Origin: a virus
Taxonomy: Duplodnaviria; Caudoviricetes
Virus record (IMG/VR): IMGVR_UViG_3300030433_001936
Coordinates: 10,760-74,759 of that record
Strand: one strand, 5' to 3'
DNA: 64,000 nucleotides
Shown here: one piece after another, positions 18,132-26,435 of the stretch
Layout: each line of letters begins with the position of its first letter
Numbering within the stretch: the first letter of the stretch is position 1
Position numbers and translations under genes: made by a program
Notes under the pieces: model-generated
What the model was told of the DNA's origin: nothing
Databases searched by the model: none
The model's input: the letters and a program-made list of their open reading frames with translations, nothing else

Positions 18132-18743
18132 CTAATCGTTCTTCAATAATTGCCATGCAATATCCATTGGCTCACCTTTCATTTGGTCTTGCCACGCCAT
18201 CCGCTCATCTGCATTCTGAATTCCAAAATCGGGATATTCGTCAGTTTCATTGAAAACTCTGCTCATGGCTTGCTGATTGTTATCTGTGTTGGGTTGCATG
18301 TCAATTGATGTATGACCACGCAAATTCAACTCGTCTAACACTTGCTTGCGTTCTTCCGCATGCTCAGGCTTAATCATCCACAACAAATTGCCTTCCAATT
18401 CTTCCGTAGTGATGTTAGCATACGGGCGTGGGTGCAATCCCAACTCCATTTGCCGTTGGCGTTCTATCTGTTCGTCTTTGGATTCTTGTGGTTGGGCATC
18501 GTCTTCAACTGCACCAATGCTCAACAACAAATCCAACAAACCTTGCATCACTTCGGGTGGCATATCATCATCGTCATCGTCATCCACTTTCAACAAACGA
18601 TACGCCAATTTCATTGGCTCACTGTAGCGGAACATGGCATCCTTTTCCGAAGAACTACCCCCTTCACCACATCGTTCTTCGCATATCATCCGCTGATGCG
18701 GAATCGCATGTTCTTGACCACAATAAAAACAACTGTTGCTCAT
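18132..18743 (-). CDS. Acidic protein with two AW/AYxxLK tags
   Basis: EPMKLAYRLLK and C-terminal GEPMDIAWQLLKND. Confidence 0.75.
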   Translation of the reverse strand: MSNSCFYCGQEHAIPHQRMICEERCGEGGSSSEKDAMFRYSEPMKLAYRLLKVDDDDDDDMPPEVMQGLLDLLLSIGAVEDDAQPQESKDEQIERQRQMELGLHPRPYANITTEELEGNLLWMIKPEHAEERKQVLDELNLRGHTSIDMQPNTDNNQQAMSRVFNETDEYPDFGIQNADERMAWQDQMKGEPMDIAWQLLKND

Positions 18744-18758
18744 TTTTATGACCCCTTA

Positions 18759-19508
18759 TCACATTCTTCCTGCCTGTCTTTCTGATTCTGCCCACGCTAA
18801 CCATCGGTCTAATTCCCGTTGGAAATCTTCGGGGTCAATCGCCAATGTTGGGTCATGACCCACTGCATTGTTGATGTATTTGATTGCGTCATTCATGTAT
18901 TGATGCCCGTCAGGGTGGTCGTCCATTATCGCATGATGAGCGAACTGCAACGGCAAATAGTCGGGCATGTGCTGTTCCATCAATTGACGAAACATGCCAG
19001 GATGTTTCTGTTGAAGCGCATCAATCCACCCTTGACCCATATCAGTGAAACCATCAAGGAATGGCGAGAACTTCATGTCGGGGTTGCGAGCCAACACATG
19101 CGGAAGCATTTCAGCCAAGCCTTCAGCGTATCCACGACCACGGACATCTTCATCCACATGTAGTGCTAAATCCCGTTCTGTGCTTATGTCAGGTACAGTT
19201 TCTTCCGACAACGGGTGATACACAAGTTCACCATTCGGCATAAGCGTTGACCCAATTTCCAAACTCCCACGGTATGTAGGTCCGTATGGAGTGGGCTTTT
19301 CGCCAATATGCCCAGTCATTTGCCCACGCTCTTTGTCATGCTCAAAATAAACGGGAACATCCTTTTTCTCTTCGGGGTCATAGAACTGACCTTCATATTC
19401 ATCCATGTCGTCATCAGTGTTGACCCGTCGCACGGTTTCGTGCCGTAGTGGGGCTTTGACGACATGCGTTTTGAGAAGCAACCATGCTTGCTCAAACGCC
19501 CCCTGCAT
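18759..19508 (-). CDS. GNAT-like acetyltransferase with an N-terminal AWxxLK tag
   Basis: MQGAFEQAWLLLK; LHVDEDVRGRGYAEGL matches GNAT acetyl-CoA-binding motif A. Confidence 0.55.
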   Translation of the reverse strand: MQGAFEQAWLLLKTHVVKAPLRHETVRRVNTDDDMDEYEGQFYDPEEKKDVPVYFEHDKERGQMTGHIGEKPTPYGPTYRGSLEIGSTLMPNGELVYHPLSEETVPDISTERDLALHVDEDVRGRGYAEGLAEMLPHVLARNPDMKFSPFLDGFTDMGQGWIDALQQKHPGMFRQLMEQHMPDYLPLQFAHHAIMDDHPDGHQYMNDAIKYINNAVGHDPTLAIDPEDFQRELDRWLAWAESERQAGRM

Positions 19509-19587
19509 GGCACACGCTAAGTGCGACTGCCCGATAAACAATTCCTTCCAGAAAAATTTTTTTCGCGATAACGCGCGCTGCTAGGAA

Positions 19588-20016
19588 GGGCAAAACTGAC
19601 GGGTAAAACTGTCCCTCCGCCTATCTGCGGGTAAAACTGACGGGTAAAACTGCCACTGCCACCCTCGGTGGCACACTGACTGCACCGCACTGCGGTGGCA
19701 CTGTCTGAACGGCGCACTGCGCCACTGTGGTGGTGGGTAAAACCTCACACACACAGACAAGCACGGGCAGTGCTAGGCACTGCCCTACACATGCGTGTAA
19801 GTACCCAACCAACGGTTGGGTAAAACTACAGCGACGGTTCGCCCAAACCGAATCAGTCGCGCAGGCACAGTGGCTAGTGCCACTGTGAAGCCAGCCCCCT
19901 TCATCCCAACCGTATGGTTGGGCAATCTCATTGTCATCCCATCTGATACAGGGTAAAACCGTAGGGTAAAACCACCGAACCCTACCCCAAACATCAGGTA
20001 AAACACAGGGTAAAAC
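19588..20016 (+). repeat. GGTAAAAC iteron-like direct repeats (10 copies, often in pairs 12-13 bp apart) interleaved with hairpins
   Basis: Copies at 19588 (GGCAAAAC variant), 19601, 19629, 19642, 19735, 19818, 19951, 19964, 19996, 20008. Confidence 0.85.
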
Positions 20017-20061
20017 TGCCGACCAAAAGTGAAGGGAAAGTGATGGGAAATCGCAGTTTGG

Positions 20062-20094
20062 TTAAATACCCCTCAAACAACACCATTTATGGTG
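20062..20094 (+). promoter_or_regulatory. Conserved early promoter (TTAAATA-CCCCTCAA + CACC..GGTG palindrome)
   Basis: TTAAATACCCCTCAAACAACACCATTTATGGTG. Confidence 0.8.
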
Positions 20095-20100
20095 AAACAA

Positions 20101-21285
20101 ATGTTGAATACCAAATACGAAGAAACCAACGAAGCATTGATTGAAGCGATTACCAACGATTTCCTCGTTGGCTTGTCTGATGACCGAATGGATGATGGCG
20201 TTGCCATCATTTCCACATTGGTGCATTGCACCAATGTCCTCTCTGGCAACACCGAAGGTGATAAGAAACTGGCAGCCAAAGACATCCGTGATGTCTTTGA
20301 AACAAAGAAGCGAAGTTATGCCGACCTTGTCGGCATTGCTACCGAAGCCCTCAACCAACCTGAAGGTTGGGTTGACCGAATCAATGCCATCCTTGATGGC
20401 ATGGAAGCCGAAGAAGTCAACGACCCTGTCGTTGAAGAAGACAACACCGAAGTGGTGGCATCTGCCACCACCCCTGTTGATGTCCCTGACATCAACGGAT
20501 TGGTTGCCTCCGCTGTTGCTGAAGCAACAGCACCAATCATGGCAATGCTTCAATCAGCGATTGAAACCATGAAGACCAACCACAACGCTGTTGTGGTTGT
20601 TGATGACCCAACTCCTCAACCGAAGGTTGAAACCCAACCGAAGGTTGAAGCACCATCCAATCCTTCGGGATTGGATGAAAAGAAGTCCTACGGCAACCCG
20701 AAGGGTTGGTCGGACAAAACCCACTACTCGGTTTCTGTTGTTGCCGACTTCGTCGGAACAAACAAAACCGATGCCAAATACGGAGTATTTGTTTGCCGTG
20801 GTCTGACTCCTGAAGAAGCGACCCTTCAGGGTCGGAAGGTCGTCCTCCGAAGAATCATCCAAACCATTGACAAGGTCAATGGAAACAAAGCAATCACCAA
20901 AGCCACCCAATCCGAGGATTGGATGGCGGTTGCTTCGGATTCCTTCGGAATCACTGATGCTGTGTTGGATTCGTTCTTGACGAATCCCAACAAATTCCAA
21001 CAACAGTCCCGAAGGACTGGTGAATCCCTTCGTTCCCGTCTCGGTATCACCGATACCGAAACCTTCCACAACCTCGTTGTGGAATTGATTGATGCCAACC
21101 CTCAACCGAAGGTTGCAGCAAAGCCGAAGGCTTCCACCTCAACTCTGTTGACCATGAAGACCGAACCAACGGTGCAACCGAAGGTTGCACCTGCGGTTGC
21201 CACTCTTGACCCTGACGAAGTCAAAGCGGTCATGGCGACCTTCGGTATGACCTTTGCTGAGGCAAAGGCTTACCTCACCGAGTAA
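20101..21285 (+). CDS. First early gene; hypothetical protein with QPKV repeats; DNA tiled by hairpins
   Basis: Open frame behind the conserved promoter and GGTGA; over 30 perfect inverted repeats within the CDS. Confidence 0.75.
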   Translation: MLNTKYEETNEALIEAITNDFLVGLSDDRMDDGVAIISTLVHCTNVLSGNTEGDKKLAAKDIRDVFETKKRSYADLVGIATEALNQPEGWVDRINAILDGMEAEEVNDPVVEEDNTEVVASATTPVDVPDINGLVASAVAEATAPIMAMLQSAIETMKTNHNAVVVVDDPTPQPKVETQPKVEAPSNPSGLDEKKSYGNPKGWSDKTHYSVSVVADFVGTNKTDAKYGVFVCRGLTPEEATLQGRKVVLRRIIQTIDKVNGNKAITKATQSEDWMAVASDSFGITDAVLDSFLTNPNKFQQQSRRTGESLRSRLGITDTETFHNLVVELIDANPQPKVAAKPKASTSTLLTMKTEPTVQPKVAPAVATLDPDEVKAVMATFGMTFAEAKAYLTE

Positions 21286-21422
21286 TCGGTGAACGGGGTT
21301 GGCAACCCCGACCCACCTTCGGTGGGACTCGGTTGACCACCGCCCTTCGGGGCGGTGGTTGACCACTCGTTCTCCTTGTTGGTTTTGGGGGGCAGGGCTA
21401 TCGCCCTGCCTCCCTTTTTTTT
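21276..21422 (+). terminator. Hairpin cluster ending in stem + poly-T terminator
   Basis: ACCACCGCCC-TTCG-GGGCGGTGGT (21336-21359); GGCAGGGC-TATC-GCCCTGCC (21391-21410) followed by T8. Confidence 0.7.
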
Positions 21423-21960
21423 ATACGCGCGCGATTCTCCACCCCTCTTGAGGGGCTTCTCCCTCATGCGTGTGTAGGAATCGGTTTGATTCTGCAGTGG
21501 TTCTGCACCGATTCTGTATCCAATCCTAGTGGATTGACTAGTGTTTTGCCGTCTTCTGTGTCATGCTAGTGCATGACACTGCATCCATTTTGATTCAATG
21601 GCAGACCAGACCCAGTGGATTCAGTGGTTTTACCCAGTGAAAACGACGATGATTAGCAGGTAAAACAGCAGGTTCACTGCAGGTAAAACTGCAGTGGGTT
21701 GTCGTTTCGTACGACAGTGTCGGCTTAGTGCCTCCACTGCCACTCCAACCATACGGTTGGAAACCCTACAGATTCTGGATGACACTGCATCGCCTCCCCG
21801 AAACCTGATGTCCCCCATATCAATCGCTGTGGTTGCCCTGCCGACCACCCATCAGGGTTATCCAAACCCCTACTAGTATGCCGATGAGATGGCATGGATG
21901 ATTCAGCATGATGATAGTGCGTCCGTAGTGGACGCAGTTGTTGTGCAGTTTTGCTGTAGT

Positions 21961-22069
21961 GTATTGATATTATTCAGTATTGTATTAAACAATAATAGAG
22001 TATATTTATCCTAAAGGATACAGGATACGACCAAAGGTAATACAGTCCAATACGATACAGAATAATATC
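21961..22069. repeat. AT-rich nested palindrome, copy B
   Basis: GTATTGATATTATTCAGTATTGT-ATTAA-ACAATAATAG; inverted arm ATACAGAATAATATC at 22055-22069. Confidence 0.8.
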
Positions 22070-22083
22070 GGGACAACCGCCGA

Positions 22084-22118
22084 TTAAATACCCCTCAACC
22101 ATCACCATCTTTGATGGT
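22084..22118 (+). promoter_or_regulatory. Conserved early promoter
   Basis: TTAAATACCCCTCAA..ACCATC-TTT-GATGGT. Confidence 0.8.
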
Positions 22119-22122
22119 ATCA

Positions 22123-22380
22123 ATGGATGAAATCAATGAAATGGAAAGGAAGATGGGTGGCTTTGTCATCAGAACGAATCAAAGAAACGAAAAGGTGTTT
22201 TGGGTGGTTGGCAATCGCAAAAGGTTGCTGTATCGTCATCAAATGACCACTGGCAAGTTCTTCAACAAAGACGACAAAGAAATGTCGGCAAAAGCGGTTC
22301 GTGAAGCCAAAGCCTTCATTGCTGAAATGTCAAAGCCGAAGTCGTTGTTCGCTATCAAGTCCGAAGGTGATTCCCAATGA
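22123..22380 (+). CDS. Hypothetical early protein
   Basis: ORF behind the promoter; ATGA overlap with the next gene. Confidence 0.7.
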   Translation: MDEINEMERKMGGFVIRTNQRNEKVFWVVGNRKRLLYRHQMTTGKFFNKDDKEMSAKAVREAKAFIAEMSKPKSLFAIKSEGDSQ

Positions 22381-22994
22381 AGACCCAACTAGTTCATTGG
22401 GTTGAAGGTGGTTCAATCACCACTGGTGCTGATGTTCCCGTTGTTTGCCAATCCCATGCTGGTTTCATTGAATGTCCTCACTGTGGCAACGATAAGGCAT
22501 CGGTATTATCTGACATGGAGAATGGTCATCCCAACACTATGTGGAGAACCGATTGTGGTGATTGCGACCACAATCAGCATGTCTATGTCATTGAACTGAA
22601 CAAGTATGCTTTTGCTTACCTCAAGTCCATTCGTTTCAATTGCATTGAAGCGATAATGAATTGGGGTCATCAGTACTCAATGATTGGAGAACAAGTCGCC
22701 AAAGACCGTGCCACACTCAAAGAGATACTCATGGATGACCAACGACTTGATGGTTTTGACATGGAGTACTTGTTCGGTGATGATTGGAAGGAAGAGTTCG
22801 GTATCACTCAATCAATTGAGATGACCTATGATGGTGTTTTCTATCATGGTTATCGTGGTGATGTTCCCACTGAAGTCATTGCCGAAGGCAAAGACGCAGT
22901 TCGGATATGGTTGACTGAACATGGTGAACCGATGCCGTATGACTATGATGCTTTTGACAATATCAGATTCAATGGAAAGAAGGATGTGGAATGA
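22377..22994 (+). CDS. Zn-ribbon-containing hypothetical protein
   Basis: CPHC...CGDC. Confidence 0.7.
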   Translation: MKTQLVHWVEGGSITTGADVPVVCQSHAGFIECPHCGNDKASVLSDMENGHPNTMWRTDCGDCDHNQHVYVIELNKYAFAYLKSIRFNCIEAIMNWGHQYSMIGEQVAKDRATLKEILMDDQRLDGFDMEYLFGDDWKEEFGITQSIEMTYDGVFYHGYRGDVPTEVIAEGKDAVRIWLTEHGEPMPYDYDAFDNIRFNGKKDVE

Positions 22995-23326
22995 TGACTG
23001 AATGCGACTGTAGCAACATTGGATTTGTGAACAACGATTGGCTATGTCTTGATTGTGGAGACAAGGTTGAACCACCGAAGGACGACGATGAGTTCCTCAA
23101 GATGGATGAGATGTTGAACGAAGCAACGGGTTGTCCCCACTATGAACTCATTATTGATTCAATTCAAGAACACTTTGACAATGCCCCTGGCGACTTGATA
23201 CCTCAAGATGTATTGCTGAATGCCATTCGGCATTATGGCAAAGCGTTGGAAGATGCACTGAAACTAAATGAAGCCATGAAGAAATCCCTTCGTGAGTATT
23301 TAGACATTGAACACGGGTGGTGCTGA
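22991..23326 (+). CDS. Hypothetical Cys-containing protein
   Basis: CDC..CLDC; coupled overlap. Confidence 0.7.
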   Translation: MMTECDCSNIGFVNNDWLCLDCGDKVEPPKDDDEFLKMDEMLNEATGCPHYELIIDSIQEHFDNAPGDLIPQDVLLNAIRHYGKALEDALKLNEAMKKSLREYLDIEHGWC

Positions 23327-23334
23327 TTTTGTTG

Positions 23335-23364
23335 TTAAATACCCCTCAACAAACACCAAAGGTG
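23335..23364 (+). promoter_or_regulatory. Conserved early promoter
   Basis: TTAAATACCCCTCAACAAACACC-AAA-GGTG. Confidence 0.8.
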
Positions 23365-23373
23365 ATGATTGAA

Positions 23374-23709
23374 ATGGAACGAAGTTATTGGTTTGAAGAA
23401 GCGGTGTGGACTCGTTCATGCACTGGTTGTAAAAAGGTTGGAACACAAAAGGTCGTCAAGATACTCGGTGATGCCCCTGACCAAACCCATGCTTTAGTTC
23501 GTTGTTTCAATGACAGATGCAATTGGAATGATTGCAATTTGCACTTGGTCTTCAACAAGCCCGAGTTCAATGGATGGAAGCCGAAGGGCATTGATGTTCC
23601 AAAGACGATGGTGAAACCATCGCCACAAAAGAAACCCACTGTTGGTTTGGGTGCTTTCTTGAAAGCAAAGCCAACAACCCCAAAGCGCAAGTCGCTGTTT
23701 GACCTATGA
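23374..23709 (+). CDS. Zn-finger-like hypothetical protein
   Basis: CTGC..CFNDRC; ends KSLFDL. Confidence 0.7.
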   Translation: MERSYWFEEAVWTRSCTGCKKVGTQKVVKILGDAPDQTHALVRCFNDRCNWNDCNLHLVFNKPEFNGWKPKGIDVPKTMVKPSPQKKPTVGLGAFLKAKPTTPKRKSLFDL

Positions 23710-23787
23710 GGTGAAGAAGATGAATGAAAGAAAACCATACAGACCTGCTGATGAATTTGATGACATGGCTGGATTTGAACCAACGGA

Positions 23788-26166
23788 GTGATTGAGATGA
23801 CGAATTTGTTTGACATAATGAACAGTAAGAAGACACAACCAAAGAAGGAAGACCCGACAACGGTGTTGTCGGCAACGCAGTTGCATCAACTGTGTCAAGC
23901 CATGAGTGGTCGGGGCGCACCGACTCAACATGATGACATGGGATGGTGCAAAGACACTTGGACTGAAGGTAATCGGCTTGCCGATTTGCCATCGTTGAAT
24001 CGTGAAGATGCCTATCAAGCATCAGTCATCCTTTACAAGTTTGCCAACACTCAACTGCCATTGATTGCCGATGGCTTTGGGTTCAAGTGCAACAATGAAA
24101 TCATGTGGGCGACTCGTCAGCATTTGAAACTGAACACCCTTGTCTTCAAAGACAATTGGGGTGAAAGGATTGCACTGCTCGGTTGGTATAATACCGATGC
24201 CAAAGACGCACTCAAAGCGGAACTCAAGTTCCCCGCCATTGCTTGGACTACATCGGACAAGATTCCCGACTTCCCTGACCCCAATGTTCACGGTGCTTGG
24301 ACTATCCAAAACAAACCCGATGTTGTTTCAAAGGTCGTTGAGATTCTTCAACGGTTTGACATTGACTTCGCTGACCAAGTGGATGCCATGCCGATTCAAA
24401 GTGAGCAACCACCGACTAAGGCAACAGCGACCCAACCGAAGGTTGACCCACGGTACAAAGCCATCGTCAACATTGATTCACTTGAGTTGACCTGGCCCTT
24501 CCTCAACAACAATGCCGACATTCGTTCAGCCATCAAACAAGTTGATGGTTGGAAGTGGGATGGTGAAAAGAAAGTGTGGCGTATTCCTTTGGCTCAAGCC
24601 ACCCGTGTGGCTGATTTGGTTCGTCCCCACTCCGCTCAATTGGCTGATGCCATCATCGCTGTTCCCGAAGTGGCAACGGCATTGGAAGCCACGCTAAAGC
24701 GTGTTCAATTGTCCCAAGCAGTGGAAGCACCTGATGTCATGGTTGATGACATCAAGCAAAGACTTGACGGCAAATTCCCCGATGGTCTTGAGTTGTTCCC
24801 ATTCCAATATGTCGGTGTCGGATTCATTGAGGCTGCTAATGGCAGGGCAATGATTGGTGATGAGATGGGTGTTGGAAAGACCATTCAAGCCATCGGCTAT
24901 GCCGTTCTTCATCCCGAACTCTGGCCTTGTTTGGTCATCAGCCCTGCGAATGTCAAGTACAATTGGGGCAAAGAAATCGCCAAGTGGATTCCCGATGCTT
25001 CATGCACTGTTGTGAAGAACGGCAAGTCCATCATTGAAGATGCAGATTTCACCGTCATCAATTATGACTTGCTTGCCAAGCGAAAGGATGAGTTGTTGGC
25101 AAACGGATACAACCTTGTCATCATGGATGAATCCCACTACATCAAAGAAGAAAAAGCACAGCGCACTCAAGCCGCGATTGCCATTGCCCAACAATCAACG
25201 GGGTTGATTTGTTTGACGGGGACTCCCATCACCAACCGACCTGCCGAGTTCTTTACACAGTTGAATCTGTTGCGACCTGGTCGGTTCGCCAATGTTTGGA
25301 ATTACCGAAAGCGATACTGCGCTGCTCGGAAGACCAAGTGGGGAATGAAATACGATGGTGCATCCAACCTCGCTGAACTCAATGCCGAGTGTCGGGACTT
25401 CATGGTTCGTCGGTTGTTGTCGGAAGTCATTCCTGAAATGCCCGACCTCATCACCGAGTATCAATCGGTGGAACTTGACGATGCCGATTGGAAGAACTAC
25501 ATGGAACTTGTTCGTCAATGGCAACAATCGTATGAGTACTACCTTGACAATCCACCGATGCCCGCTGGCTTTGTCTTGAATATGTTGACGGAACTCCGTC
25601 ATCATTGTGGATTGTTGAAGTGCAAATACACCGCTGATTACATCGTGGACTATGTTCACTCGCAATCCAAACCATTGGTTGTGTTCACTCATCACCGTGA
25701 TGTCATGGATGACATCATTGCCAATCTAAGTGATAAGACAATCCGCTATGGCATCATTCGTGGTGGAACATCACCTCAAGCACGACAGCAACTCGTTGAT
25801 GAATTCCAATCCGATGGATTGGATGTATTGTTTTGTGCCACTGTAGCAGCGAAGGAAGGTATCACATTGACCAACGCTGACACTGTGGTGTTTGTTGAAA
25901 GGGAATGGGTGCCTGGTTGGGAGGCTCAAGCCGCGGCTCGGATTCGTCGTATCTCCCAACAATCATCCCACTGCCGTCAAGTGTTCTTGTCGGTTGCAAA
26001 GTCCATTGACCAGCACTTTGATGCTGTGGTTTCGGCTAAAGCCGAAGTGTTGACATCAGCCCTTGATGGGGATGAAGAAGCCCGTGCCACCAATCAAATC
26101 GTGAACGATTTGTTGAAGCGACTGATTGCTGACAATGGATGGAGAACAAAGAAGGTGAACGAATGA
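23788..26166 (+). CDS. SNF2-family (SMARCAL1/HARP-like) helicase
   Basis: LFPFQ, DEMGVGKT (Walker A), DESH (Walker B), GTPITN, helicase C-terminal motifs; HARP-like WKWDGEKKVWRIP N-domain. Confidence 0.9.
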   Translation: MIEMTNLFDIMNSKKTQPKKEDPTTVLSATQLHQLCQAMSGRGAPTQHDDMGWCKDTWTEGNRLADLPSLNREDAYQASVILYKFANTQLPLIADGFGFKCNNEIMWATRQHLKLNTLVFKDNWGERIALLGWYNTDAKDALKAELKFPAIAWTTSDKIPDFPDPNVHGAWTIQNKPDVVSKVVEILQRFDIDFADQVDAMPIQSEQPPTKATATQPKVDPRYKAIVNIDSLELTWPFLNNNADIRSAIKQVDGWKWDGEKKVWRIPLAQATRVADLVRPHSAQLADAIIAVPEVATALEATLKRVQLSQAVEAPDVMVDDIKQRLDGKFPDGLELFPFQYVGVGFIEAANGRAMIGDEMGVGKTIQAIGYAVLHPELWPCLVISPANVKYNWGKEIAKWIPDASCTVVKNGKSIIEDADFTVINYDLLAKRKDELLANGYNLVIMDESHYIKEEKAQRTQAAIAIAQQSTGLICLTGTPITNRPAEFFTQLNLLRPGRFANVWNYRKRYCAARKTKWGMKYDGASNLAELNAECRDFMVRRLLSEVIPEMPDLITEYQSVELDDADWKNYMELVRQWQQSYEYYLDNPPMPAGFVLNMLTELRHHCGLLKCKYTADYIVDYVHSQSKPLVVFTHHRDVMDDIIANLSDKTIRYGIIRGGTSPQARQQLVDEFQSDGLDVLFCATVAAKEGITLTNADTVVFVEREWVPGWEAQAAARIRRISQQSSHCRQVFLSVAKSIDQHFDAVVSAKAEVLTSALDGDEEARATNQIVNDLLKRLIADNGWRTKKVNE

Positions 26167-26330
26167 AGAAAGAGATAATCGGAATTGGACCAGTGAAAGA
26201 AGGTGAAAGCGCGGCTATGAAAATCATGCAACTGATGTACAACAAACCGCCAGGTATTGGTTGGAGATGGAACAGATTTGAAGCCCACTGGGAAAGAGAA
26301 GTCTTCACCAAAGGAGTTGAAGAAGAATGA
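26163..26330 (+). CDS. Small hypothetical protein
   Basis: ATGA overlap with SNF2 stop; ends EEE. Confidence 0.55.
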   Translation: MKKEIIGIGPVKEGESAAMKIMQLMYNKPPGIGWRWNRFEAHWEREVFTKGVEEE

Positions 26331-26396
26331 AACAGTACGAACATAATGTAGTCATGTGTGCATGCAAGAAGCAAAGTCTTGGATGGTGTGTTGCCA

Positions 26397-26426
26397 TTAA
26401 ATGCCCCTCAAACGACACCGAAGGTG
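26397..26426 (+). promoter_or_regulatory. Conserved early promoter (variant)
   Basis: TTAAATGCCCCTCAAACGACACC-GAA-GGTG. Confidence 0.75.
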
Positions 26427-26435
26427 GTGAAGCAA

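Noticed and set aside
19588-22080. CRISPR or mini-CRISPR array
   Set aside because: Repeats are 8-9 bp with irregular spacing; no 25-40 bp repeat/spacer periodicity.
19540-22100. tRNA genes in the large intergenic zones
   Set aside because: No cloverleaf with T-loop GTTCRA/D-loop consensus was found by eye; tRNAscan-SE would be decisive.
24434-24446. Isolated CAACCGAAGGTTG/ACCGAAGGT hairpins in other genes (e.g. SNF2) as regulatory sites
   Set aside because: Sparse and explainable by codon usage (Gln-Pro-Lys-Val, Thr-Glu-Gly); only the dense tiling at 20.1-21.4 kb is exceptional.
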